Source: Hydrolagus colliei
Taxonomy: Eukaryota
Assembly: GCA_035084275.1 (NCBI GenBank)
Contig: CM068757.1
Span: 7,936,001-8,000,000 of the forward strand
Direction of reading: 5' to 3'
DNA: 64,000 bases
Shown: piece by piece, positions 1 through 12,811 of the stretch
Layout of the letters: each line of letters begins with the position of its first letter
Numbering within the stretch: position 1 is the first letter of the stretch
The notes under the pieces: generated by a model
Seen by the model: the letters and a program-made list of their open reading frames with translations, nothing else
Told to the model about the DNA's origin: nothing
The model's database searches: none
Translations under genes and position numbers: made by a program

Positions 1-220
1 GGTATTATTCAAAAACAGAAGGGAGTTTCTCCCTGTGTGCAGGCTAACAATCCCTCAGGTAACATTGGTCATTCACTTCCTAGCTGTTTGCTGAAAATTG
101 CTGTGCAAAAATTGGCTGTTTAATTCACCTACAAAATACATAGTCACATCATAGCACATCCTGTGAAGCACTTTGAAACGTCTACCCAATGTGAAATTTG
201 TTGTATCTAATGTAAGTAAT
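1..220 (+). mobile_element. DeuSINE/SacSINE1-like SINE, 3' half
   Basis: gggagtttctccctgtgt...ggtcattcac...gctgtgcaaaaattggctg...aagcactttgaaacgtc; colinear with the copy at 44290-44667. Confidence 0.75.
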
Positions 221-265
221 ACTTTTATATTTTCTTAAAACTTAAGATCACAAGATTAGTGGGAG

Positions 266-581
266 ATAATAATAATAATAATCATTGCTTCTGATATAGA
301 ACTTTTCACATCTTCTAGACGTCTCAAAGTGCTTCACAGAATCTACTGTTGCAAATTGAATTGACTGTTTATGTTGTGGGCGATAAGTGGCAGCCAATTG
401 TGCACAGCATTGTCACACAAATAGTCGTGGATTGAAATGTCCAGTTTATTGTTTTTTTGAGAGAGATTATTATCAGGTATGTGGAGTAAGGAAACTTGCC
501 CAAGGTTTCGCCCTGCAGGGAATTGAACCCAGGTTTCTCGCTTGCAAGGCGAGTGCTCTAACCACTGAGCTACAGGACTCC
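266..581 (-). mobile_element. Full-length tRNA(Ala)-derived SINE, short variant
   Basis: Minus strand reads GGAGTCCTGTAGCTCAGTGGTTAGAGCACTCGCCTTGCAAGCGAGAAACCTGGGTTCAATTCCC (Pol III A and B boxes), then body and L2-type tail ending in (ATT)n; matches 42573-42898. Confidence 0.9.
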
Positions 582-1203
582 TTATAAGTTCAGTCCCAAT
601 GTGGAAGTGGCATTGTTTTAAACGGTCTTTAAAAAGACTTTGAAATTAAAACTGAATTGAGGAGTCTCCCATAATTTTGTGTTACCTTAAACTTTTCGAC
701 GATAAAATCCTCCCTACAGGCAAAGACTGGGTTACATTTCGGGCCTATGGAGGAAGCAGGATGCCCTCGCCATTGGGGAACAGTGAGAGAATATTGTTGG
801 TCAGCACCACTTAGCGGTCAGGTCAGATCAACCAACGCTTGACGGAGACTTGGGAGCAGATTCCCCTGCCAACCCTCCCATGTGGGTGTAGACTGCAGGA
901 GCAACGGTGAGGAAAGAAATATCATTACAAACATTAAGAAATATATATTTTTGCTGGCTTCAATCTTAAAATGAATCCTAAGCATTTTCATAAAAAGTGG
1001 ATGGGTGATCGAACAAAATCGACCCAGAGAAAAGCCGTTAGCCTGCACTCCTGTACAGTCACAGCCACGCAGTGGGACTGTCTCGCTCAGTAAGCTAATG
1101 GTGCTTTAAGATCCTCTCCATTCTGGCGTAAAGATCATTTGAAACAAGAGAGGGACAATTGTCTGTCTCTGTGTTTTCCTTTTTGTTGCTGGTGTCTCTG
1201 CAG

Positions 1204-1305
1204 TTCTGTGTGTTCCTCTGTACTGCCAAAGTCTGTTGCTTTTAACCCATTGTTAAGTGCCAGAGGCGAACCGCCTGTCTCACAACCGAGCTCGAGCACT
1301 TCAAG
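1204..1305 (+). CDS. Candidate 102-nt internal (cassette) exon, phase 2-2, peptide SVCSSVLPKSVAFNPLLSARGEPPVSQPSSSTS; host gene not recognised
   Basis: Long pyrimidine tract ending ...tgtctctgcag| and donor AAG|gtacat; length is a multiple of 3; only one frame is open; unique CpG-retaining context. Confidence 0.35.
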
Positions 1306-1788
1306 GTACATTAACCCATTCAGGGCCACAGTGTGCCACGTCTTTGCTAATCATAATGCTCCTACATATAGCTATTATTTGAAAAAAAGGGGGATACACA
1401 TCAATAATAATTGTACATTTCTATAGCGCAATTCATGTAACAATTTGCTTCAGAGAGTCAATCGGGAGCATGATTTGTGTGGAGAGGTGGGGCGGAGGAA
1501 GAGGACACAATGGTTCAAAAAATGGGGTGGATCAGGTTATGCAACAGGCTGGTGATTACTGAACAGAGAGATGGTCAATGGAGGGTTTTGGACATGAGTA
1601 CAATGAGTTTGAGTCTGCATGAGAAGGCATGAGCTGCAGAGTTCTGAATGTTTTTCAGCCTGTGTCAAGAGAAAGTCCAGCAGAGGAGACATTGAATAGT
1701 CCAGCTCACAGATGATTAAGTCAGTGCCTTTCATTTGAAAACAAAGCATTTGGTAAACGTTTATTTGCTGGTAGACAAATGCAGATGT

Positions 1789-1857
1789 ACAACAACAACA
1801 ACAACAAAATTACATTTGTACAGCACCTTTCACGTCAGGAGTTCATCCCAAGCTGCT
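1789..1857 (-). mobile_element. L2 LINE 3' tail-only insertion
   Basis: (aac)n-aaaattacatttgtacagcacctttcacgtcaggagttcatcccaag; same tail as the L2 at 23728-23956. Confidence 0.8.
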
Positions 1858-3771
1858 GGGGACATCACATTGAAGTGCACCAGTGAATCACTTGTCAACA
1901 CAGTGCAAATTTAATAATAACAATCACAAGCTCTAATAATCTCTTCTGCACACACCTAAGTGCAAAAATTAGTGCATCTGTTTTCATAATAGCGTTGCCC
2001 CTTTAAAATAAATCAGTCATTACACAAGCACCAGACACTAACAATGTGTGTTACCAAAACTGAGGTAAGTTTGCAAGTGAATTCTGTATTCAGTGAAAAA
2101 GCTTTTCAAAGCTATTGGAGACCCAGTGACAAACAACGTCAATGGGGCCCGAGCATCACACCTGCCAGTCCTTGCAGGCCTCACTAATAATAACCCAAAT
2201 CCCCAGATTGGTAGTTAAGAGTGTGAAACCATTAGTTGAACAGATTTCTATGTCGAATCATTTAAAACTGGAGCCTTGTGGACGAGCGAAACGGAAACTG
2301 GAACAGTGATTAAAGAGAGGACATGGTGGGGGACTGGTGGGTAGGGAGAATTACGATTCCAGTTAATCCTTACATTGAGTTTGGCTGAAAAAAAGGCAAT
2401 GGGCAATAAAAATAGACACTTTGGCTCTTTATGTAACAAAAAAGTCTGCAGGCGGCATCCATCTCTGTTGAAATAATAAATACAGCTTAGATGCTGATAT
2501 GGTCTCTTAAGTATAGGCATGCTCCTCAGTGCAACTGCAACAATTTGGGACAATTTGTCAGGAAATAAACAGCAGAGATGAAGTTCGGAAGGAAAGTAAT
2601 TTTAATCTAAGAACTTGTTGACCTTGTACACAGTTCGCAGATAAGAAGGGCAGCTGTGTGAAAAGTGTGGCACCTTATCTAAGAATAGGCACTTTTAAAA
2701 TATATTGTTAGCGGTGACTACAGAGTAAGTCAGTCTTAAAACACTATTTCATTTCTATCTGTTAGATAGCCGGTTAAAGATACTGTAAGTGGAACTGTGT
2801 CAGGCCAGTGGGGACTCGGTATTTCATTCCCAGAAACAATTAAAGTGCTTTAAGGGGCAAATGGTTGTGGAAGTGTGAAAATCATACAGCATTTATGAGT
2901 TATTAAATTTGAAAAAGACTGTTCCCTAACCCTTCGCCACTGAATAAAACTTTATTTAACGATCCGAGGTTTGTAAGAGAAACACTGAGTCCCAGCTCAG
3001 CAGCAGCCCGCACTGGAAATGTTTCATAAAGCATTCCTAACAAATGGGATTTTAGCACACAAGAGGCTTTGATGGCCTATTAATTCTGTCTTGGCCCTCA
3101 GCCAAAACACTTGTGCTTCTCCTCTAATTTGTGCTTAATTTCTATCAGAGCTACCAAGAGACTACTTTTTTCAGCATGATGCATCCGCATAACTTTAATG
3201 GATTCAACGGAGGAGCCACAGCAAGAAGACATTGATTGGCTTGTCTCAGGGGCCTAAGCGAGGCCTGACAGGTAGTAGCTTGACATGGGCAGCAAATGAA
3301 ATGTGACCCCTTGTAAACAGGGCTGAGCGTTTGGGGCCCAGTGTAATCCATTAGCTCAAGACCTTTTCAAATTCCATTTATTTATGAAGTGATTTGAGCA
3401 GGCTAAGGCTGCACTTAAAAGTAAGAGGGAAGGACAACGAACGAATGATAGCGGGGAGGTTCAGGCTAGGTAGCTTTAAACGGGAATGACAGAGAATGGA
3501 GGGAGAGCAAATTGTGGAGGTTTGCTGGCAAATCGAGCATAATGGAAAGAAAAAACGGGAAAAGGGAGGAAATGGAAGATAAAAAGGAATATCCCCATGG
3601 CAACATGTCCAATAGATGGCCTAATAAAAGAGAAATGAAAGGGAAATGACAATTTTTTTTTGCAGGATTGTAAAATCCTTAGAGGATTATAGTTTTTTTA
3701 AAAAAAAAACAGGACAAATTGAGAACAGCATTGCACTACCCCATGTTGGGAAGGAAGCTCAAAATGCGATG

Positions 3772-3915
3772 AATAATAATAATAACCTTTGCATTTGATA
3801 TAGCGCTTTTTCATATATTAGAGACTTCACAAAGTACTTCAGAGAAGCATTGTAAAGTAAATTGACTGTAGATTTTATGGGTAAAATGTGTCCCACAAGC
3901 AGTCGTGGATTGAAT
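3772..3915 (-). mobile_element. tRNA-SINE 3' fragment
   Basis: aataataataacctttgcatttgatatagcgc...gtcgtggattgaatg. Confidence 0.8.
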
Positions 3916-4358
3916 GGGCTTTCCAAAGAGCTCCAAGATACTACCCTAGTGTGGGGAGCTAAACAAATGCAAGTTGTTGCTGCTATTTTCTCAACCTTGA
4001 CTTTTCCAAGATTCTTCTGATCTGATCTAGGAATTTTTAACTCAGCTTACCAACTACCAGAATTAAAGAACTTTTTATAAAACTTTTCCAAGTTGAAAAT
4101 TGAATTATAAACACCAAACAAAGCGTTTGCTATCTTATATGACAGGCCCCCACAATATCCTGGAGTTTTATGGCAAAGGATCCATTAGAATTTCTTTTTA
4201 AAATTACATCCACCTACAAAATATACTGTCAGTCTACTTTAGCATATCCCGCAAAGTGCTTTGAGACGTCCTACTGACATGAAAGTTGATTCATTTTAGT
4301 TTTAGTCAGCCGGGTGTCTGACACATGCAGAAACCCATCACCATGTTTAAGAGTATCC

Positions 4359-4466
4359 AAACCAAACTGAAAATTGCATGTATCCCACCACACATGGGAA
4401 TTTCAAACAATCTATCTCTAGAATTTTCATGTGTGGGTGGGATGCATGGAAATCTCAGTTTGGTTT
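4359..4466. repeat. Imperfect inverted repeat/hairpin (about 45-bp arms, about 18-nt loop)
   Basis: aaaccaaactgaaaattgcatgtatcccaccacacatgggaatt pairs with aattttcatgtgtgggtgggatgcatggaaatctcagtttggttt. Confidence 0.85.
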
Positions 4467-5279
4467 TGTTTATTCAGGGATTTAGAATGACTTCAATTTA
4501 GGTTTTACATTCATACGTGATCTGCATTTTAACGTAGCTGTTTCACCAATGGACCTGGAAACCTTTGGAGAAGTTCAATCCAAATCTTGCTGGATATTTT
4601 GTTTACCATTGCAAATCCCCCGTTTTAAAATAAAAATATAAAGTCATTTCTGTAATAGTGTAATTGTTTCTGTACAGAAGACTTAACTGGGGTGGCTTTT
4701 AATTAACTACATTTAAATTAATGGCTTTCACGCCACATGACCTTAATTCATTCAATAGGATTAAACACTAAACTCTGGAGTCTCCACAGTTTGGAAGGTT
4801 CCAATTCTAAATGGTTTGTTGTTACTGTCTGCAATTGAAATCTCTGTTGTTGCAGCTCCTCCAGTGTGTTTTAACAGTGAGCAGAGAAATACACAGCATA
4901 GAAGTCCAAGAAATGCTCTGCAGTTTGTGTTCAGTTTCCTTATCTCAATCTTGAGGGATGCCAGACATGTTACAAGACTTTTGCCTGGATAAGTGCTCCA
5001 ATGGCACCTACTGTACACCTAGTGTGTATGTGTGTATATCAAATTATGCAAGGATCAAACTGGTAAAATATTGAGAAGAGCATGGTCAAAGCCTTTTAGT
5101 TTGGGTTGTGCATTAGTTGCATGTCAAGCTATATACCCAGAAAGATGGAGATGACTAGCATATTCTCACTTTCCTCAACCCCAACACACCTAACCTATAG
5201 CATCTGTTATCTGGGCTTACTTTCGCCTGCTAACACTTCAACTCATCCTTGAATTGAAGTTCAATAACAGTTGAAAGAT

Positions 5280-5735
5280 CTGGGATGGATCCGAGTTGAA
5301 GCAATAATGCTTTGTGTTGATTTGAATCCTATCTTGTTTTTACAGGTTTAGTTCTCATCATTACTTGGGACTGATTTGATCAGTAAAATAGTGTGTGCCA
5401 TTTGCCTATGTTGAGTGAATGACCTACAGCTAAGAATCGAGTGGATTTCCTCATTGACACTCAATCTCTCTGAAGGAGTGAAGAAATGGTCTAATTTGAG
5501 TTAGAAAGAGAGAACACACACAAGGGAAATTCAATCGGAGATACAGTGGAATAAATGTTACTTATTGTATTGACTTTGTGGATGGATAGAAAGCTAATGT
5601 AAATGATGATTGACCAGAAATAGTATTCACTCATATTTCTATTTGCAAATCTTGCAGTACTATTTGTAACCTGTAAAAACAGGTAGGATTCAAATCAACA
5701 CAAAACATTATTGCTTCAACTTGGATCCATCCCAG
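5280..5735. repeat. Long inverted repeat, about 68-bp arms (5280-5348 and 5668-5735)
   Basis: Arms are reverse complements with about 3 substitutions and 1 indel. Confidence 0.92.
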
Positions 5736-5737
5736 GT

Positions 5738-5843
5738 ATATTTCACCCACAAACATACAGTTAATTCACTTTTCAGGATATTGTTTGAAGCGCTTTGAGA
5801 CATCTAGAAGACGAAAAGTGCTATATCAAATGCAAGGATTATT
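5738..5843 (+). mobile_element. tRNA-SINE 3' fragment
   Basis: tttcacccacaaacatacag...aagcgctttgagacatctag...tatatcaaatgcaaggattatt. Confidence 0.85.
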
Positions 5844-6719
5844 TATATATGCACACATGTGGAAAGGCACAGTTAAAAAATCTTATGTTTTATGCTCACA
5901 TAATATAACCCACAATCTATTAAATCCAATGTGACATTTAAATGGTATGAATATGATTTAGCATATGTGAGAACTAGTTTTATTAAAATATGAATAAAAT
6001 AAAATGATCCCGTTAAATCATAGAATATCAAATAAAATGTGGTTACGTTTGATTTTGCCTAATTTGGTACAAGCCAATCACTAAATGTTGATGAATATTT
6101 AAGAGCTCTTGGTTTTTGCTTCTCCTTCCCTAGTGAGTGCATTAGTGTTTGTTAAGCCTGCTGAAGGGATGGTCCTGTGCTATTTAACCCTGTGAGCATC
6201 GGGTGACCTCCTTAGTAAATGCTCCTCGGCTCCAACATATGCCTATGCAATTCTGCGGGCTGAAATTCCTGCTGTGGTATGTTCAGCAACTTTGGCAATA
6301 TGTGGTTATAACAGGAAAATCCTGCTGGAAGGTGCCGTCATCAGAGTCTATGATCATTGTCGACGGGAATTCATTCCAACTCGCTGATTTCCTGCACATG
6401 CTAAACACTTAACGGGCAGGAAAATGCAGGTTGTTCAAAGTAACTACCCAAAATACAATTAAGGGGAATTATTCATGCAATAGTATAGTGTTCCCATTGA
6501 CAGTCAGTTTCCCTGTTCCTTGATGAAAGATTAAAGTTGGAACTAAACTGGTTTACAGTGAGATTGGAATTTGAGCCCATTTATCTCATCCTTCCAGAAT
6601 ACCCAGCAAATTGATTTGAGATAAATTAAGGAGCAGAGGTTAGGTGATTCCAAGCTTGTATTTAGAAAGTGTTCAGATCACATGAAGGAAAGAGGGAGCA
6701 AAGGAGTTTCACAATCTTT

Positions 6720-6822
6720 AAATAATAATCCCTACATTAGGCATAGCTCTTTTCACAACAGCGTCCCAAAGCGCTTCACAGGATGTACTCTAAAAGTGGT
6801 GTGACTGTGTGTTTTGTGTGAG
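6720..6822 (-). mobile_element. tRNA-SINE 3' fragment
   Basis: aataataatccctacatt...cccaaagcgcttcacagg...gactgtgtgttttgtg. Confidence 0.7.
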
Positions 6823-7971
6823 AATCTTAGGAAAGATTGAGTTTAGAAAAAGAGATGATTAGGAGTTCAAACCACCTGAGCCCAAAACACCTTCACACCT
6901 GCCAGGCAGAGGAATCTCACCACATTGTCACCACTGTGTCAATGCCTTCAAATACCTTGTTACACACGGGTTTGCATATGGTTAACGCAAATTAGAGGGT
7001 TGAAAAGGGTTCCAGCAAATACCCATTACATGAGAATATTTTTGCCTACTAAAAAAAAAAGCTAGTTGAATACTGTGAATTTACATTGATTTGTGCTGTT
7101 TCTGTCCTCAAGGACTGGCCGTTCCAGGCAATTAATGTTGAGTGGTGTGCAGACATCTTTCCCATTTATCACTTGATGTTGTGGACCAAAGCCTCACATT
7201 TAGAGAGAGTGGGCATAAAATTAACAATCACAATGAAGTAAGTAAGTGTTCTGTGTGACATGCTTATCGTATGGCATGTTTGAATAATTTCTAATGTACA
7301 TAGTTTTTCATTTCCAAAATTCCCATCGGATCAAATGAGGATTTGTTTAAAACAACAATTGGCAGAGCTGCATTAGAGAACGTAGGACGGAGGATGGAAC
7401 CTTGCAGGGCAGAATGGCCCCAAATTAAATCCCTTAGCTCTGTGTTGAGTGTCCTGGTCTCAGGTGGCACATTAGCTTCAACAGTTGAAGCTATGTGCGA
7501 CCATTGGCTTCAACAGTTACCTGTAGGTTCAGGAAGATAAACCACTGGAAGGATATGATCTGGGTGTGATTCCTTTACTCAAGATTTCCAACTTAAGGGA
7601 TGCTCTTATCAACAGAGCTATTTAAATACTAGGTTACCACATCTCAAATACATTTGACTGTTTCAATGTTGAATTGATTAGACAAATAACGCCAGCAGGA
7701 TTTTCTGGTTGAAGAGGAATTGATACCTAATATTTCAAAATTGCTTCAGATCACTGTTTACCATACCCCAACCCCTCAGCGCTCTTTCAGCAGAGTTACA
7801 TCTTACAATTATGCTGATTTTGTAGACTGTGTTAAGTGATGATGTGAGACGATGGTTTGTATGTGTGTGTGTGTGTGTGTCTATGTTAAGCTTACATGAA
7901 CAGATCTGGGGAGGGATTTCTTCTGCCACCCCCCTGTGACCACTTCCCACCTCATAGACTGCAAGATTGGT

Positions 7972-8108
7972 TTGGATGAAGAAGGCCTTTGGCTCAATTG
8001 ATCTCAGCCTTTCAAAATATCCATCATTCCATTACAGCACCAAGCTGTTTTGTAAATGAGTCCAGCATGCTGCACTCAACCATCCTTCCTGGTAACTGTG
8101 TTCCAGCA
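7972..8108 (-). mobile_element. CR1 LINE 3' remnant
   Basis: gaaggcctttggctcaattgatctc...aaatgagtccag...ctggtaactgtgttcca; similar to 36690-36905. Confidence 0.55.
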
Positions 8109-9094
8109 CCAATGAGACAATAACAATTTAAAATACCAACATTTCTTTGCACTTCACGTGACCCCGACTGGTTGATTGGTTTGGTGTGAAAATGTATTGA
8201 TCACATTAACATATAAACACAGCAGTAATTACTGTAAGGCATTGAGATGCTACCGCATGATAATTTGCTGTAAAGTGCAAGTTCCTCCTCGTCCTCTTTG
8301 ACAAACATCTGTTGGTTTCTGCTTTTGTGTAGCTCTGGGTTTTGTGTAGCTCTGAGTGAGATTCCTCAGACACCTTGCCAATGTTCACTTTACTAATGTG
8401 ACTCATTTCTGCCCTTCAATTACATGACTTGAAAGTAATCCCATATCTAACAGGAATCTTAGTATTGTACAAGTAAAAATATGGTCTGGATTTAAGGAGG
8501 GCAAAGTAAAGCAGAAGAACATGGTCACATGGTGAGAAACAGACATTAATAGTCCATGTGTAGATTGTAATGATTTTCAAGCTGATTTTTATAGGTTTAA
8601 TGGGACAGAATAGATATGATATGTGTACTGTCAATAGGGATATATCCAGTTCATCACCAAACTAGCAATTTCCAATGCATACGCCCTGTTGCGTGATACT
8701 TCAGTATTAATGAAGCATGTCCCAACCAGATGTTTTGCTCAGCCAAGCACTGTAAACAAACTCATCAGTCGCACGCTATCCGTTTACTCCCATGGAAAAT
8801 GCCTAAATGTGGTCCAACATGAACAGAGCCCATCAATGGTGTGCAAAACAGTAAGCGGTTTGCAAGAAAGTGTCTGATCAGGACCTGGGAGAGCTCTGAG
8901 CTTTCCTGATCTGGTTGTGTTTGCTCCAAACTTATACATGTTATAATTTTGTTGTAAGCCGGTTTCCTGATGGCAGTTATTATTCGGAGACTCCCATCCC
9001 CACTCCCGCTCTTTACTGAAATATGTTTAGGTGCGGATGATGCACTGGGAAGAAAATAGATAGACTTTTGTACCTCTACAGGTACTTACAACAT

Positions 9095-9200
9095 CCGTCC
9101 ACATGAAGGGTGGCGGCTTGTGAGAGGTACTGAAGGGCAGTCAAAACTTGCAAAAACTGAACCCTGCATGAGATTGTGCCTTCAGGAGATGAGGGAACTA
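9095..9200 (+). mobile_element. AmnSINE2-like ancient SINE, 3' fragment
   Basis: cacatgaagg...gaggtactgaagggcag...gccttcaggagatgaggg resembles the recalled AmnSINE2 3' end. Confidence 0.45.
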
Positions 9201-11041
9201 AAGGGAAAAGTGGGAAAAACTGTTTGGAATTTTTAAATTTACATTAATCATAATAATAATAACATTTTATAATAAAAAGATTGATTGGTTGCTACTCATA
9301 GGAGAGAAGTTACTAGCTCCTCAGGCTGTTTTATTAGATACAGTGGTTTTAAAGCAAAGCCTAAAACCATAAGGAAGACTTGTAAAGTACTTGAAGAAAA
9401 TGTACTGTTAGCTGGACTTTAAACTTTAAATTGACAAAGTACCTATCAATGGCAAGGGTTATGATTGTGAGATACATCTTACAAAATAAAATGTGCAATT
9501 CAACTCTCAAAGTGCGCTAGATCCTAACCATAAGGCTCCACAATGACCTTGGATACAGCAAACATATGGTTTATGGCTCTCTCTCTAATGGGGAGACCGT
9601 ATAACACATCATGCTCCATGTAATAGCATCCATTCTGTGCAATTCCTGAAGACAGTGAGTCTAGTGTATTCCACTTAACTCATTCCCTCCGCGTTGCTAT
9701 TAGGATCCCAGGGACACCAGTCACTGTTCTTAGTAACATCAAAGAAGCCATCAAGCATCTTTGCTCTGCTGGCAGATTGACAGCAAAAGGTAACCACAGT
9801 AAGTATACCAACATAAATAAATTTAAACTTTGCCTTTCGGAGCTGCACCTCCACACAAGGAACTTTCACAAACCTGGCATTTCTCAAAACATTTCAAATT
9901 GAAGATGTGTGATTTTTGGTGGGGGAGGTGGGGGGGTGGGGGCAAAATTGGCAAAAATTGCCTTTGAACTATTTGAAGACCAAAGCTTGTGCACTTTTAA
10001 ACCAAACCCCAAAAAAGATGGAAAATCTTGAGCCACGGTTGCCTTTGTTCCTCAAGCTCTGTTTGTTCATGTTAATCCCCTAAGAATGTTACAGAAAATC
10101 ATTTTTTTTTGCAGGCATTGGGCAATCGAACATGCCTTCTCTGTTTGAACGTTGCCAAATGACATTCAGTACTCATGAGGTTAAGTACACTATGACCTAT
10201 TTTTATTCTTCTTTTCAATGTACTTGGCATGAGCACGTTATGTGATCAATACATTTTCAAATCAACTCGTGGACCAGTTAAGGTCATGTGAAGCCATGTG
10301 TAGATATTAAAATCATTACTGTACTCAGACTCTGTGAAAATGGTGTGAACTCTTCAGTCTTTGAAATGAAATTCTATTACATTCGATTATACTTTTACAA
10401 TTATTCAGACGTTTCCTGTATTAGGACGGGAAATAAAGTCATTATTAGCCTTTCAGAGCTGTTGTAAATAAATGATTCTGTTCCTTCTCCCGTCACAGTC
10501 ACATCAGCGATGGAGCCTGGATTGGTTTGGTCATGAAGGGTTTCAGGGAGATCAGTAATCATCATCATTTCAAGTGCTTCCTGCCCACTTGCCTTAACTT
10601 ACCAAGGTTCTCCTACACTCAGCTCTCGTGTAGTTGCTTGATTGCCTTCCCATTCGATTCAGTTGTAAAGGGGTCCAGTCCCCAGAGAAAAATATATGTG
10701 TGGTTTTCTATAAGAAAGCAAAACAGACATGCTCAAGAAAATGTGATTCACTTTGTCCACATTGCCTTAATTTAACACAACACACCTACTGGCTCCATCA
10801 TTTAAGGAAATGCGTGGAGAAACACTGGTGAAATAAAAGTTTTTCATCGTTGGGCATTATGAGGATTTTCAAATGATTAACCTTCTTTGTCTTTCACACT
10901 GGGTTTGTGACAGTTTAGCACTTTGTCCCTGGCTTGGAGTCAGGCTCCGCCATTGTCAAGCGTTCTGAAACACTACCATGTGTGAAGGGCTCTACACAAG
11001 TGCAGGTGTTGTTGTTGTTTCCAGCCCAGGCTGATATTTGT

Positions 11042-11332
11042 GGAGTTCTGTAACACAGTGGTTAGAGCACTTGCCTTGTAAGTGAGAGACCTGGGTTCAA
11101 TTCCAGGCAGTCTCCTTACTCCACAAGCCTGATAATAATCCCACGAAAAATACAATAATAATTAGTCATTTCAATCCACGACTGTTTGTGGAACACTGCT
11201 GTGTGCAATTGGCTGCCACGGTCGTCCTAAAACTATACAGTCAATTCACTTTACAGTATATTCTGTGAAGTGGTTTGAGATGTCTAGAAAACGTGCAAAG
11301 CACTATGTCAAATGCAAGGATTATTATTATTA
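11042..11332 (+). mobile_element. Near full-length tRNA-SINE, short variant
   Basis: ggagttctgtaacacagtggttagagcacttgccttgtaagtgagagacctgggttcaattcc...tcaaatgcaaggattattattatta. Confidence 0.9.
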
Positions 11333-12811
11333 CATATATAAAGGTCTGGTTTGAAGTAAAACGGGTCTTGACCTAATTCAATGTATAGCTAGCACAAAAC
11401 ATCACCTAACCAGGCTCTGCACTGAGAGTCTGTCTCGGGAGGGAAATGAAATGTTGCACTGGTAGCTGGACCTTCAGAACCTCATCGTTGTTTCCTCCAC
11501 GCCTGACTTGGGGAATGGTTCTCTTCATTGCTGACTTGCCAAATAATGTTCCATGACCAACGTATAGATTACTTGGCAGAATGCGATTCCCAAATGGAAT
11601 GCATGCTGTCTTTGCCGTTTGCTATCCTTAGGGTGTGAGTGAGGTGCATTAATGAATGTCATAATGCACATACTGATAGGGTTGCACTCAACATGCAGTG
11701 ACACTCTGAGTTCTCTAAGAAGCCAGAGGAAGTGTTGAGCCTCAATCATCTGATTACATGCAATAAGCCATGCTTCCCGAGCACATGACCAATGACCCGA
11801 TGGCTACTGGCCTAATGGCAGTAAGTGAATGGATTGGTTTCCATGTTGTGATATCGGAGCTCGCTCCATTCTGTGCTGCTGGGAACTCACCGTGAAAGTG
11901 ACACTTGACAGAAATGTTCTCTTTGAAACTGGTACTGACTTGTCCACCTCCTGCCAGCTCACGGTGGAATGCTGTCTGGCCAACGGTTGGTATTTGCAGT
12001 AAAATCTGTGTATGAAGCGGAATAATTCCATGAAGAATGATAGCAGCTGCCTGTCCAGCTGACAAATAGGATATGTGATTTTCCATTGTACAATATGGTT
12101 TGCTTTTTTATTTACACCTTAAGTAAGAAATCAGAGTATGTTTTTACACTGATCCCTGCCACTCAATGCTCTCCAGAATGAAATACCCTGAACAAAATGC
12201 CAAGGTATTTGTAACAATAGAATAATAATTGTTGCATTTGATATTGACACGTGGATGAGGCATTTCACATGATTTGATTGTGAAGTGCAGTGATTGTGTG
12301 TTGTGTGGATGAACACCCTAGCTGATTTGCACAGAGCAGTGATCTATCCAATGCATCTTCTCTTTCCTCCAAAAATATGGCAAGAGAAATGGCAATATTT
12401 TGCCACTACTGGTCTCCCACTTAAAAATCATATCCATTCTCCCTGCAATACTCACAGAGAAATAACAGAGGAATCCTGAATCACAGTTCTATGGTTATCA
12501 CTAAGTTCCTTCCACTGATTTTCTCGCACTGCAGTGCAACATACAAAATGTGTTCTACGGTTGAAAGCACTATCCCCCAAGTCTTATAAATAGAAGATGT
12601 TGTGGTTATATGATAAATATCTCATCTTTGTGATATCAGCATGGCTTTCAAGCAGTGAAACCAGGTTAACTTTGGGAGATATGAAATGTGTTGCATTTGG
12701 CCTTGGTATAGTCACCGTATTAAGGAGGTTTGGGTCAGGATCACAATGTGGAAATGCTGTCAGGCTTGATGCTGCAGTAAAGTTGTGCTGTAAACTCATG
12801 TAAATACCTTA

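Noticed and set aside
6257-6430. MITE-like ends gggctgaaattcctgc...gcaggaaaatgcag (similar at 38485-38637 and 61193-61237)
   Set aside because: Too degenerate to call TIRs or TSDs by eye; probably old DNA-transposon relics
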